Of a stretch of 64,000 nucleotides of DNA, positions 43,226 to 53,365 are shown one piece after another. The notes beneath the pieces were generated by a model. That model ran no database searches and was not told the origin of the DNA. It saw only the letters and a program-made list of their open reading frames with translations. Both the position numbers and the translations under genes were made by a program. Each line of letters starts with the position of its first letter. Within the stretch, counting starts at the first letter, position 1. Origin of the DNA: Methanomethylovorans hollandica DSM 15978 (GTDB lineage Archaea > Halobacteriota > Methanosarcinia > Methanosarcinales > Methanosarcinaceae); the NCBI RefSeq assembly GCF_000328665.1, contig NC_019977.1, positions 1,914,011 through 1,978,010 of the forward strand, read 5' to 3'.

Positions 43226-43331
43226 ATAGTATCAATACATTCCGAAGTTGAATTAGGTTAAAATTTAGCTGTCAACCAGATAAATTTATGGGTCAGGAGA
43301 ATGTCCGTACCTTCATTGAAGTTGTTATTTT

Positions 43332-44607
43332 GAGAATCTCAAATTAGGATTTTGATTTAAAAACCTATTCCTTTTTTCGTTGATACTGCTATTCTCTTTT
43401 TTTTTGGTCAGTGGTAGCTATAAATATAAAAAATTTTGCTTCTTTATGGATAAAAAATCTATCGAGTATAGAGGAGTCCTCTTCGAGGACTCCATAGAAA
43501 ACTATCTTTACAGAGAAACTGCCTCTATTTGCCAATTTCTTCATTTTCTCTGTATAGAAGACATTTCACAATACGTTGAACGTACTGTGTATACCAACAA
43601 ACGTTGGCATTTTAAATATAACGTTTCCTCAATGATAAAGCTCTTTATTGTAAAGTGCTTCAGGAATCTCTCTTATGAAAAAACAGTATCCAGTTTAACA
43701 GAAGAAGAAGCTATTATGCTATCGTTCTGTGATAAAAATGGGCAAATAAGACTTCCTTCAGCTGGAACCCTCCATCATTTTGTAAAATATAGACTTGGAG
43801 AAGATGGGGATCAATGAACTAATAATAATGGTAGGCGAAAAGATTCTTAAAAGCTCAAAGTTAAAAGACGCCAAGATAGATTCAACACCTCTTGAAGCTT
43901 CACGATATGACAAATATGCGGATTATAATCCGCATTATAAATGTAAAATGGACAAAGCTCACATTACAATGATTGGAACTTATCCGGTATTTATGACATA
44001 TACTAATGGCCTTAGTTCTGATTCTACGGAACTTATCAAACACATACACGCATTAAAGAAAATGGAAGCTAATATTGAATTTTATGCTGCGGATGGAGCT
44101 TATGACTCATTCCAAAACAATGCAGATATATGGTATCATCTGAATGCAAAACCAATTATTTCCTACTCTTGTGATGCAGTATTGCACAAAGAAGGTGAAG
44201 TAGAGAGGATTGATCATTGGGTGAACAAAATGTGGAAACTTGGTGGAGAAGTTCATACCAAAATAGAAAATAAGCTGAAGTTTCTGTATGAAAATGGAAG
44301 ACAAGAACAAGTTGGGATGTACCTAAGAAATCAAAACATCCTCGATGAATTATTTTGGGAGTTATACAAGAAAAGAGTAGAATGCGAAAAAGTACATGGC
44401 CACATGAAAGATACGATGAACTTCGATGTCAGAAGAATAAGAGTAGAGAGCAGAGCTCTCTACTCTCTGCTGAATTTCGTTTCCTATCAACTATTAGTGC
44501 TTACTGAATTGCAAAATAAAGTTAAACTCAGGAATTCGTTTGGGAGGCTATTCTAAAAAAGTACATCAAATTAGAATAGAAATATAAGGAGCTAATTTGA
44601 TGGCCTC
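43332..44607 (+). mobile_element. IS5-like insertion sequence, about 1276 bp
   Basis: Imperfect TIRs GAGAATCTCAAATTAG (43332-43347) and CTAATTTGATGGCCTC (44592-44607), 12/16 match; TATTTT direct repeats on both flanks; DDE transposase inside. Confidence 0.7.
43446..44556 (+). pseudogene. Frameshifted DDE transposase
   Basis: KIDSTP, AADGAYDS, RVECEKVHG DDE triad; two ORFs join by removing one G from GGGG at 43806-43809 (1111 bp = 370 codons + 1). Confidence 0.85.
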
Positions 44608-44693
44608 TATTTTTCTATCCTGAAACCAGCATAAAATATAATACAAGTTACACCATTCTGACACTAGACAGATATCCAGGATGCAAAAGGACC

Positions 44694-45164
44694 ATGCCAG
44701 GTGGAAAAACACACGAGACAATAAACATTACAGTGCTGGCAGCTATACTAGCAGGCATTTTTTATCTTACAATATGGCAGGAAACTGCAATACTCTCGAG
44801 ATATATGGATGCTTATACTGTAATTACTTTTTCTTGTTCCTACCTCTTCTCAACATTCTTCTTGAGTCCCGATCTTGATACAAAAAGCAGGCCCTCTAAA
44901 AGATGGAAGATGCTCAGGATACTCTGGTGGCCCTACAGGACCATATTCAAACACAGAGGATTTTCCCACAGCATGATTCTTGGACCTATTACCATCCTGC
45001 TGAACTTTGTATTGATATTGTACTTATTGACCCTGCTTTCAGGTGTCAGACTACACAGTATCCCTCAAGAGCTACTTATTCCTGCCACTGTGGGTATGAT
45101 CCTGTCAATAGAGGTCCATATAATATCTGATCGTTTCTTCTCGATGGTAAAGAGTATTTTCTAA
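44694..45164 (+). CDS. Membrane metal-binding protein (DUF2227/YdjM-like)
   Basis: GKTH, SPDLD, KHRGFSHS, HIISD metal-ligand pattern with TM helices. Confidence 0.8.
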   Translation: MPGGKTHETINITVLAAILAGIFYLTIWQETAILSRYMDAYTVITFSCSYLFSTFFLSPDLDTKSRPSKRWKMLRILWWPYRTIFKHRGFSHSMILGPITILLNFVLILYLLTLLSGVRLHSIPQELLIPATVGMILSIEVHIISDRFFSMVKSIF

Positions 45165-45279
45165 GACCTATATATCAAAATCAGATATTCCACTTGTTTT
45201 CATTGATCAAGATTTTAAAACTATTATAATTATCTATAAATAAGAATAGAACGATTGTTAAGAAAGCTTCTTAATAAAG

Positions 45280-46077
45280 GTGTGTGATCAGATAAAAAAG
45301 TCATTGCTTGACGTATTGTTCATGTCGGACAAGAGAAAGGCAGTACTCTTGTTGTTGCAGAATGGGCCAAAAGAAATGAAAAGTTTGCTAAAAGCGCTGG
45401 ATACTAAGAGACCGGCTCTGCTGCCTCAGATTAAAATGCTTGAAGATATACACCTGATCGTTCATTATAATGGCATTTACGAATTGACTACTCTTGGAAA
45501 GATCGTAGTTGATAAAATGATACCTTTGTTAGACACATTAGATGTCTTTGATGGTGACATCGATTACTGGAGAGATCGGGACCTAAGGTTCATACCCTCA
45601 TCCCTTTTGTACAGACTCCGCGAAATAAAGGGCTGTAAAGTGATCGAACCCAATTTAGTGAACATATATGAAATAAATAAAGACTTCATTGAAACATGTG
45701 CAATCTCAAAAGATCTGCTATTTATCCTGACCTTTGCACATCCGATCTTCACTACAATTATCTCCCAATTCATTGCTAACAATTCACACGTAAAAATTAT
45801 AATCAACATGGACCTGTTACAAAAGTTCAAAGCAAATGAGCAGAAAGAAGTTAATGGATACATTATCAATGAAAAGATAGAATTTTATCTATACCCAAAA
45901 GACATTTCTCTGGGCACATTTGCTCAGAACGATCATTGCTCTGTATTAAGAACGCTGTCGAAGGATAGGACATATGACTACACTCAACTGTTTTGTAAAG
46001 GCCCCGATGCACTTAAATGGGGAAGGGAATTATTTGATTTCTACTTGAATGAGTCTATACCGATAACAGAAATTTAG
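45280..46077 (+). CDS. Winged-helix regulator (ArsR-like HTH plus DUF1724/FilR1-type domain)
   Basis: SDKRKAVLLLL..GPK, YELTTLG, YW..RDL.FIP, ALKWGRELF. Confidence 0.8.
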   Translation: MCDQIKKSLLDVLFMSDKRKAVLLLLQNGPKEMKSLLKALDTKRPALLPQIKMLEDIHLIVHYNGIYELTTLGKIVVDKMIPLLDTLDVFDGDIDYWRDRDLRFIPSSLLYRLREIKGCKVIEPNLVNIYEINKDFIETCAISKDLLFILTFAHPIFTTIISQFIANNSHVKIIINMDLLQKFKANEQKEVNGYIINEKIEFYLYPKDISLGTFAQNDHCSVLRTLSKDRTYDYTQLFCKGPDALKWGRELFDFYLNESIPITEI

Positions 46078-46174
46078 GCCGCCCCAGATTATATTTTTTG
46101 TAAACAAGAGTATTATAAGCACATTATAAAGTAAAAAGCGACCTTATATCATTTCACTTAATGGGAAAGTAGTT

Positions 46175-46195
46175 ACAGGCAGGAATTCTGCCTGT
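46175..46195. terminator. Hairpin between convergent genes
   Basis: ACAGGCAG-gaatt-CTGCCTGT. Confidence 0.5.
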
Positions 46196-46205
46196 TAACC
46201 ATTCA

Positions 46206-46649
46206 TCAGATAATAGTTACTGTCTGATTCAGGGTCTGGTTCAGAGTTTTGTTTAGAGCCTGATCCACATTCTCCCCCACAGCCCCTATACTCATGTTCA
46301 GTACCTGTGCAACTGTCTGATTAAGACCTTCCCCTACGGCTACCTTTGTCTGGTTTATAGACTGGTTCACAGCACTTCCCACTGCCTCTTTTGTTTCATT
46401 GACAGCCATACTCACGGTCTGATTAATAGCCTGTCCAGCAGCGTCTTTGGTCTGATTGACAGCCTTTTCTATAGTCTGGTTTATATTTTGCCCAACTGCC
46501 TCCTTGGTCTGGTTCACTTTCTCCCCTATAGTCTGTTCCACGGTCTTGTCCGTACATCCGGAAACTACCGCCAGCCCCAAGACCATCAATCCTATCAATA
46601 AGAAATTAAGCATTGTCTGCAAAGTTATCACCTGTTTATTTATACTCAT
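46206..46649 (-). CDS. Putative lipoprotein with N-Q-T repeats
   Basis: Hydrophobic signal ending in VSGC lipobox, then repeated (A)VNQTK.AVG..INQT units. Confidence 0.75.
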   Translation of the reverse strand: MSINKQVITLQTMLNFLLIGLMVLGLAVVSGCTDKTVEQTIGEKVNQTKEAVGQNINQTIEKAVNQTKDAAGQAINQTVSMAVNETKEAVGSAVNQSINQTKVAVGEGLNQTVAQVLNMSIGAVGENVDQALNKTLNQTLNQTVTII

Positions 46650-46830
46650 AGCCTGGAAAATGAAACTATTGGTTCATCCTGTATATGTGAGTTAAAAATT
46701 TAGTATTAATGGACTTCTACAGCTAAAAGCCATCTGTATAAGTGTTATAAATAGATCTCATTCTAATATATATTCTAATATCCATACAAATAGCACTCAT
46801 GACAACTTTTTCAACATCTGAAACCTGAGA

Positions 46831-48339
46831 TCATCGCCCTGCATTATGATAGTCCCCATTCTTGGGAGAATGATTTACCGGAAGTGTTTTTCCCCTGACA
46901 AGAGATGTGAATATGCCTACAATACAGAAGATCGTGAACAGGCTAAATGCATACTGCAGGCTTGCAATGAACTGAGTATGATATTCAGGTGTTATCTCCA
47001 CCGGGCCTGTAACAACTGCAAAGATCATCATAGCAATACCCATTGAAAACATCTGTCCCAGTAGCCTCATGGTTCCGTTCATACCTGATGCCACACCATA
47101 GAACCTCTTATCTACCGAACTCATGATAACATTCGTGTTCGGAGATGAGAAAAGCCCGAATCCGATACCAAGCACCATGAGAATCCCGATCATGTACCAG
47201 ACAGGTGTCGTTTCTGAAAGAAAGGTCAGGAAAAAGAGACCTATTGTCGTAAGGGTCATTCCTGCAGATGCAATGAGACGGGGCTCGATGCTGTCTGACA
47301 ATTTCCCGGCAAGAGGAGAGACCATAGCCTGAAAAACCGGCTGAGCTATCAGTATAAATCCTGCATGTTCAGGCGTAAAACCTTTGGTGTACTGCAGATC
47401 AAGACTCAGGAGAAAGGTCACTGCATAGGTTGCGCTGTAATTGATGAACGCGGAAAGATTAGAAAGTGCAAAAACACGATTCTTTGTCAGAAGACTGATA
47501 TCAAGGACCGGGGAAGGTATGCGCATCTCATACCGGATAAAGATAATAGTTCCGATAATTCCCACTGCTATAAGAGAAGCCCCTTTTATGTCCGGAAGTA
47601 CAGAAAAGCCATACATAAGTGAAACTATTGCCATACCGTAGACCATAGACCCTTTCAGGTCGAATTTATCTCCCCTGCATTCCGCCCAATCACCTTTAAG
47701 TTTCCAGAGGATGAGAAGGATTGCCGCAAGCCCTATTGGAGCATTTACGAAAAAGATACTTCTCCATCCTAGATGCTGCGTCATTATGCCACCAAGGAAA
47801 GGACCGGTGGAGAGTCCGATGTACACTGCAGTAATGTAGATACCCAGGGCCTTTCCACGTTCACCCGGCGGATAGACGGAGGTGATCATAGCGATCCCGG
47901 TCCCGAAGATCATGGCGCTTCCCAAACCCTGGACAACCCTGATCGTTATCAGCATCGCTGTGGAATCAACCATGGTCATAGTCAGGGATGCAAGGCTGAA
48001 GATCGTTATGCCATATAGGAAAACCTTTTTCCTTCCATATATATCGGCGATCTTTCCGAAGGGAACAAGGAACACTGCTGAAGAGAGAAGATATGCAGTT
48101 GCAACCCAGGAAAGAAAGATAGCATTCATGCGAAATTCCGCTGCGAGTGTAGGCAACGCAATATTTACTGCCGAGCCATCAAATGGCGTGATGAATCCCG
48201 CAAGTACCGCGATCATAAGGATAATCTGTTTTTCAGTTTTAAGTGCAGGAGCATCAGGAGTTTCACGGGTTCCCTTAACTTGAGAAGAGGAAACTGCATT
48301 TTCAGCAGACGAAACATAACCATTTGTTTTTTTCACCAT
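46831..48339 (-). CDS. MFS drug-efflux transporter (DHA2-like, 14 TM)
   Basis: DGSAVNIALP, GKIADIYGRKK, RVVQGLG, PGERGKALG. Confidence 0.92.
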   Translation of the reverse strand: MVKKTNGYVSSAENAVSSSQVKGTRETPDAPALKTEKQIILMIAVLAGFITPFDGSAVNIALPTLAAEFRMNAIFLSWVATAYLLSSAVFLVPFGKIADIYGRKKVFLYGITIFSLASLTMTMVDSTAMLITIRVVQGLGSAMIFGTGIAMITSVYPPGERGKALGIYITAVYIGLSTGPFLGGIMTQHLGWRSIFFVNAPIGLAAILLILWKLKGDWAECRGDKFDLKGSMVYGMAIVSLMYGFSVLPDIKGASLIAVGIIGTIIFIRYEMRIPSPVLDISLLTKNRVFALSNLSAFINYSATYAVTFLLSLDLQYTKGFTPEHAGFILIAQPVFQAMVSPLAGKLSDSIEPRLIASAGMTLTTIGLFFLTFLSETTPVWYMIGILMVLGIGFGLFSSPNTNVIMSSVDKRFYGVASGMNGTMRLLGQMFSMGIAMMIFAVVTGPVEITPEYHTQFIASLQYAFSLFTIFCIVGIFTSLVRGKTLPVNHSPKNGDYHNAGR

Positions 48340-48502
48340 TCTATCACTGATCAGCAATGTTATAAAACACTGAAAGCAAGCAGTAAATTGCAGGCATTGC
48401 TACTTATATTTTGAGTAAGCTGACCACTATCTCATTGGCCTTTGCTCCCAAAATAGACAGAATGAGATCGCTTGTTTCTCTGTTAACTTGGAATAATATC
48501 GT

Positions 48503-49492
48503 TCATCTGATCCACCCGAAAAATCTCTGGAACAAACCCGACTCCTTTACCTCTACCGGAGCCTGGAGGGCATCTGAATACTCTATGTCACCCTCTGGTG
48601 TTTCATACCTAACAACAATATCTATCCCATACACTTTGGGCACAGCTTCGCTGTCAGCCTTAATTTTGACCTTTGCGACAGCTGTACTTCCGGGAGACAT
48701 ACCGGAAACGAATGCCACACTATCTGTGGTGCTTAGCGGGTCAGATGGATTGACCATGACCTTAACATTCTTTGCCTCTTCCTCACCTGTATTCCTGATA
48801 TTTAAAATGATGATCTCCTCACCACCGGGATAAAGAGTGCCCGTAGTATTTATTATTTCAAAATCGGCCTGATCTTTTACTATGATCTTCAATGTCTGGT
48901 TCTGCACCATCATCCCATACCAGCGGTTCACATCGTACGTCTGGGCAGTGGCATCCGGGTCCATGACCTGTACATTCTTCTGATAATCATAAGAAAGGTT
49001 GAGGTAAAGGTTGTATTCCCCTGCCTTTGCCTTTTTATCGATCTTTATATCGAACCTGGCAGGTGAAACAGCATTTTGTCCGCTTCTTATAGAACCGATC
49101 TTCTGGCTAACGGATCTTATCTCTATGGGACTTTCCGGACCTGCTGAAAGAGAAGCGACTATACCTGTAGCATCTACCACGGCACTTTCCAGCTTCATTT
49201 CAGTCTGAGCGCCAAATATCTCATCGGCATCATCCGGAGTTCTGTCGTTCTTGAACCCTAACAGTTTACCATTGTTCATCAGGTCAATGTTCAAAGTAAT
49301 CATCTGACCTCTATCGAATTCATTGCTGCCGATGATAGTGGCACTGATATCGGGACTGCCGTCTACGTTGTAGTAATTTTCTCCGAGATCGAAGCTTTGG
49401 GATACACTATAGGCTGTCAGGGTATCATAAGCTCCTGCAACGCCTGAGATCATAAAGAGCAATAAAGAAACTAATGCTATCATTTTCCTCAT
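48503..49492 (-). CDS. Secreted S-layer-domain (COG1361-like) protein
   Basis: Signal peptide; beta-rich Ig-like segments; IRNTGEEEAKNV...PSDPLS pattern. Confidence 0.75.
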   Translation of the reverse strand: MRKMIALVSLLLFMISGVAGAYDTLTAYSVSQSFDLGENYYNVDGSPDISATIIGSNEFDRGQMITLNIDLMNNGKLLGFKNDRTPDDADEIFGAQTEMKLESAVVDATGIVASLSAGPESPIEIRSVSQKIGSIRSGQNAVSPARFDIKIDKKAKAGEYNLYLNLSYDYQKNVQVMDPDATAQTYDVNRWYGMMVQNQTLKIIVKDQADFEIINTTGTLYPGGEEIIILNIRNTGEEEAKNVKVMVNPSDPLSTTDSVAFVSGMSPGSTAVAKVKIKADSEAVPKVYGIDIVVRYETPEGDIEYSDALQAPVEVKESGLFQRFFGWIR

Positions 49493-49493
49493 T

Positions 49494-50600
49494 TTATGCT
49501 TCCCTCCTGAAAAGATGGACACCTGCTGTAAAAGTAATAAGTGCGAAGAGTGAGAGTATTATCAGATCTGTGGATATAGCGCTCAGACCCTGACCCTTGA
49601 TCATGATCGTACGCATGGCATCGTTCGCATAGGTCAAAGGCAACAGGTAAGCGATATAGCGCATCCAGTCCGGAACTGAACTCAATGGGAAAAACACACC
49701 GGTAACGAACATGGATGGAAGCGTGACTATCATGTTCAGCTGGAAAAAAGATTCCATATCATTCACTCTTGTTGACATTACAATCCCCATACCTACTCCA
49801 CCGAGAGTGAAGATAACAAGCACCAGAGCAACAAGCAACCAGCTTCCATTCATATGGAATCCCACAAGGAAATACGCTGCCAGTATAAGGATAACAGACC
49901 TGATCAGCTGCAATATAAGCTGGTATATCGTTTTTCCGAGGATCACCGCTCGTCTGCTGACAGGGGTCATCAGGATACGGACAATGGTACCGTCTTCTTT
50001 TTCTCCCGCAATGGCAGAACCTGTGGTCGCTACAGAACCCATAAAAATGGTGAGGGCTATAACTGCTGGAGTCAGAAAGTCCAGATATTCAAGATCCCCG
50101 TAGATATTTGGGATTTCCAGAGAAACCGAGCCTCTTTCCGAGAACAGTTGCTTCATATAGTTCACAATAATGCCGGTTGTGGTAGTGTCCGAGGAATCGG
50201 TAAGAAGGGTCAGGGTCACACTTTCATTCTTCGCCAGTTTTTGGCTGTAATCCGGCGGGATCATCAGGACAGCTTTATACGATCCGGCATCGATCTTACT
50301 CTCTGCTTTTGACTGCGACATGTCTCTCGTGTAGGTTATGGAGAACATGGGCTCTCCACCGTATTTGCCGGCATAGCTGCCGATCTGGTGCACAAGGGAA
50401 TTTGAGGCTGTGCCTGTGTCGTCATTAACGATCAGAATGGGAGCATTCTTTACAGTGCCACCCATCCCATAGCCGAAAAAGATGATCATAATAATGGGGA
50501 ATAGGAACAAAGGAACCATGAGAGCCTTTTTTCGGGAAAGCTGTCTGAACTCCTTTATTGTTATTATCCAGGAGTGCTTGAGCTCGGTTATGATATTCAT
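49494..50600 (-). CDS. ABC-2 type transporter permease
   Basis: KEFRQL, EKEDGT..RILMTP, TGVFFP, LPLTYA. Confidence 0.93.
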   Translation of the reverse strand: MNIITELKHSWIITIKEFRQLSRKKALMVPLFLFPIIMIIFFGYGMGGTVKNAPILIVNDDTGTASNSLVHQIGSYAGKYGGEPMFSITYTRDMSQSKAESKIDAGSYKAVLMIPPDYSQKLAKNESVTLTLLTDSSDTTTTGIIVNYMKQLFSERGSVSLEIPNIYGDLEYLDFLTPAVIALTIFMGSVATTGSAIAGEKEDGTIVRILMTPVSRRAVILGKTIYQLILQLIRSVILILAAYFLVGFHMNGSWLLVALVLVIFTLGGVGMGIVMSTRVNDMESFFQLNMIVTLPSMFVTGVFFPLSSVPDWMRYIAYLLPLTYANDAMRTIMIKGQGLSAISTDLIILSLFALITFTAGVHLFRREA

Positions 50601-51350
50601 TTAATCACGCACCTCTTCTCCTGTCAGGTGTATGAACACTTCTTCAAGATTTGTGCTTCCTGACCTTTCCTTTAAATTTTCCGGCGTGTCCAGAGCTACC
50701 ATTTTACCTAAGTTTATTACGGCAACCCTGTCACACAGATTATCAGCTTCTTCCATGTAGTGGGTTGTAAATACCAGCGTTTTTCCTTCCCCGTTGAACT
50801 TTCTAGCAAGTTTCCAGATGGCCTGCCTGGTCTGCGGATCAAGACCCGTGGAAGGCTCATCCCAGAATATGATCTGAGGGTCGTGCAGCACTGCGCATAT
50901 CACTGAAAGGCGCTGCTTCATACCGCCTGAGAAGCTGCCGGCAAAGCGGTCTGCATGGGACTCAAGACCTACAAGCTGCAGGTAGTAATCGATACGTTCC
51001 TCCATTATTTTTTTAGGAACACTATAGAGCTTTCCCATAAGTTCTAGATTCTCCCTGGCCGTAAGGTCGGGATAAAGGCTAAGCTTCTGAGGAACTATGC
51101 CTATGATAGGCCTTATCTTGTCATCCGCTTTGTTAACGTCAAACCCCGCAACTTTTATACTGCCGCTGGTGGGCTTTATTAAAGTGGTGAGCATGGAAAA
51201 GATGGTGGATTTGCCAGCTCCGTTAGGTCCGATCATGCCGAATATGTCTCCCTTCAGTACATCGAAACTCACATCATTGACCGCAGTTATTTTCCTTCCT
51301 CTGGAATGAAAGACCTTGACAAGATCCCTTACCTCAATAATTGTTTCCAT
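50601..51350 (-). CDS. ABC transporter ATP-binding protein
   Basis: GPNGAGKST, FSGGMKQR, DEPSTGLDP, TTHYMEEA. Confidence 0.96.
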   Translation of the reverse strand: METIIEVRDLVKVFHSRGRKITAVNDVSFDVLKGDIFGMIGPNGAGKSTIFSMLTTLIKPTSGSIKVAGFDVNKADDKIRPIIGIVPQKLSLYPDLTARENLELMGKLYSVPKKIMEERIDYYLQLVGLESHADRFAGSFSGGMKQRLSVICAVLHDPQIIFWDEPSTGLDPQTRQAIWKLARKFNGEGKTLVFTTHYMEEADNLCDRVAVINLGKMVALDTPENLKERSGSTNLEEVFIHLTGEEVRD

Positions 51351-51965
51351 TCACTCACCAGGCTTCGCGTCCTTTTCAATTAGAATGCCGTTGGCAAATA
51401 TATCTATAAAGCCTTCGAATTCTGCTTCCATGTCACAAAGAAACTTTTCACCAAGTATTCCGTTCAATAGATAGATATGAGCGAAATGACTTATATGGGT
51501 CAATGCCGCTGATCGGGGGTCTACATTGCGCATTTTTCCATCTTTTCTTTGAAACTCAAAGTATTCACTGAGATGCGCTACATTCATTTGATAGACAGAA
51601 AATAGAATTTCGGCAACTTCCGATCGCCTTTTCCCTTCTTCCAGCAACATGAACATAAACAGACGGTATTTGCCATTCAGTTCTTTTTCCTTCATGGAAT
51701 GTGCAATGCTCTGGACTAAAGCATGAAGGCTCGTCATCATATCTGCATCCTTTTTTATAATGAATAAAGGATCAAGTGCTGAAAATGAAGCCCTGTTCTT
51801 GATAAGGACCTCTATCAACAGATTCTCTTTTGACTGAAATTTTCTAAATAAAGTCACTTCTGCAACATTTGCCTCTTTTGCGATCCTGCGGGTAGTTGCA
51901 CCCGTATATCCCTCGCTTGCAAATACCTTCAAAGCAGCATTCAAGATCCTTTGTTCTGCATTCAT
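51351..51965 (-). CDS. TetR/AcrR family regulator
   Basis: RILNAALKVFASEGYTGATTRRIAKEANVAEVTLFRKFQSKENL. Confidence 0.93.
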   Translation of the reverse strand: MNAEQRILNAALKVFASEGYTGATTRRIAKEANVAEVTLFRKFQSKENLLIEVLIKNRASFSALDPLFIIKKDADMMTSLHALVQSIAHSMKEKELNGKYRLFMFMLLEEGKRRSEVAEILFSVYQMNVAHLSEYFEFQRKDGKMRNVDPRSAALTHISHFAHIYLLNGILGEKFLCDMEAEFEGFIDIFANGILIEKDAKPGE

Positions 51966-51968
51966 TGA

Positions 51969-51988
51969 GTAAGTAAGTGATTACTTAC
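51969..51988. promoter_or_regulatory. Putative TetR operator
   Basis: Perfect inverted repeat GTAAGTAA-gtga-TTACTTAC 3 bp upstream of the TetR ATG, next to a minus-strand TTAATTATAT TATA-like box. Confidence 0.7.
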
Positions 51989-52033
51989 ATATAATTAAAA
52001 GCTTTGAAATGCTTCTAAAGTTAAGAGGAATGA

Positions 52034-52219
52034 AGCCAGACGTATGTCCGGGAAAAAATTGCCAGATTTGGAAAAACATCTTCTAATGCCACAAGTGAAA
52101 AACTTAATGTTTCTTTGACCACAGCTGATCAGATAAAAAAATGGTCATATCTTAGAGATGCTGGCTTATTAGCGGACGAAGAATTACTGATGCATGAGCA
52201 GAAGATACTGGATATGTAA
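52034..52219 (+). pseudogene. Orphan C-terminal fragment with a SHOCT-like domain
   Basis: Open frame lacking an N-terminal ATG: ...YVREKIARFGK...TTADQIKKWSYLRDAGLLADEELLMHEQKILDM*. Confidence 0.45.
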
Positions 52220-52254
52220 AGATGCACACGAAATGTTTTAAAAAAGATATCCGA

Positions 52255-52339
52255 TGCGGGGGATGGGATTCGAACCCACGAACTCCTACGAGACTAGACT
52301 CTGAATCTAGCGCCTTTGACCGGGCTGGGCAACCCCCGC
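52255..52339 (-). tRNA. tRNA-Leu(CAG)
   Basis: GCGGGGG/CCCCCGC acceptor stem, CTAGA-TT-CAG-AG-TCTAG anticodon arm, long variable arm, GTGGG-TTCGAAT-CCCAT T-arm. Confidence 0.95.
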
Positions 52340-52385
52340 ATTGAGGCTACCGTATACTTGCATTAATGGTATATATGCTTTTCAG

Positions 52386-52416
52386 TTGCAGCCCATCAAA
52401 AGGAAAAGGGCTGCAA
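52386..52416 (-). terminator. Hairpin after argF
   Basis: TTGCAGCCC...GGGCTGCAA 9-bp inverted repeat. Confidence 0.55.
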
Positions 52417-52428
52417 ACATTCAACACA

Positions 52429-53334
52429 TCAGCCGATCAGCTTCATAAGCAGGGCTTTCTGTGCATGTAGACGGTTCTCTGCCTGATCATACACCACAGA
52501 ATGTGGACCGTCCATTACCTCCGCAGAGATCTCCTGCCCTCTATGAGCAGGCATGCAGTGCATAACAATAGCATCGCTCTTTGCAAGGCCCAGTAATTCA
52601 GCATTGATCTGGTAATCCTTAAGATCTTTCAGGCGCTTCTCGACCTGATCCTCATCACCCATGGAAACCCACACATCGGTGTATAATACATCAGCACCCT
52701 TTGCAGCCTCAAATGGGTCATCCGTAATGGTGATATCGCCCCCAAGCTCCCGGGCCTGCTTAACGATCTTCTCATCAGGCTCATAGCCAGGAGGACAGGC
52801 CACTACCATCTGCATACCCACTATCGCACAACCCAGAATAGCTGAATTGCACACATTGTTACCATCACCTACCCACACATATTTCAATCCATCAAAATGG
52901 TTTTTATATTCCCTGATGGTAAGCAGATCAGAAAGTATCTGGCACGGATGTTCCACATCTGAAAGAGCGTTGATCACTGGCACAGAAGAATGTGCAGCTA
53001 TCTCAAGGATAGTACTATGCTTGTTAACCCTTGCAGTGATGCAATGTACATACCGGGAAAGAACAACAGCAGTATCAGCTATGGACTCTCCTCTTCCGAC
53101 CTGTATATCCCTGGAAGAGAGAAATATAGACTGTCCCCCCAGATCAGCCATGGAGACCTCAAAAGAAACCCTGGTACGAGTAGATGACTTCTCGAACAGC
53201 ATGGCCAGACTTCTGTTCTTCAGCAGGTCTGTGAGTTTGCCGCGGGCACGCTTTTCTTTAAGATCTTCTGCCATGTCAAGCAATTCAATGACCTCATCGT
53301 GAGTGAGGTCTGCGAAGGAAATGAGATGCCTCAT
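52429..53334 (-). CDS. argF: Ornithine carbamoyltransferase
   Basis: [29 protein letters not shown]. Confidence 0.97.
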   Translation of the reverse strand: MRHLISFADLTHDEVIELLDMAEDLKEKRARGKLTDLLKNRSLAMLFEKSSTRTRVSFEVSMADLGGQSIFLSSRDIQVGRGESIADTAVVLSRYVHCITARVNKHSTILEIAAHSSVPVINALSDVEHPCQILSDLLTIREYKNHFDGLKYVWVGDGNNVCNSAILGCAIVGMQMVVACPPGYEPDEKIVKQARELGGDITITDDPFEAAKGADVLYTDVWVSMGDEDQVEKRLKDLKDYQINAELLGLAKSDAIVMHCMPAHRGQEISAEVMDGPHSVVYDQAENRLHAQKALLMKLIG

Positions 53335-53365
53335 ATAATCAACTCATGTTCATTAGCTATGGGTA

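Noticed and set aside
43795..43817. Programmed ribosomal frameshift in the transposase
   Set aside because: No canonical slippery heptamer at the junction; a single G insertion explains it more simply, though other copies should be checked
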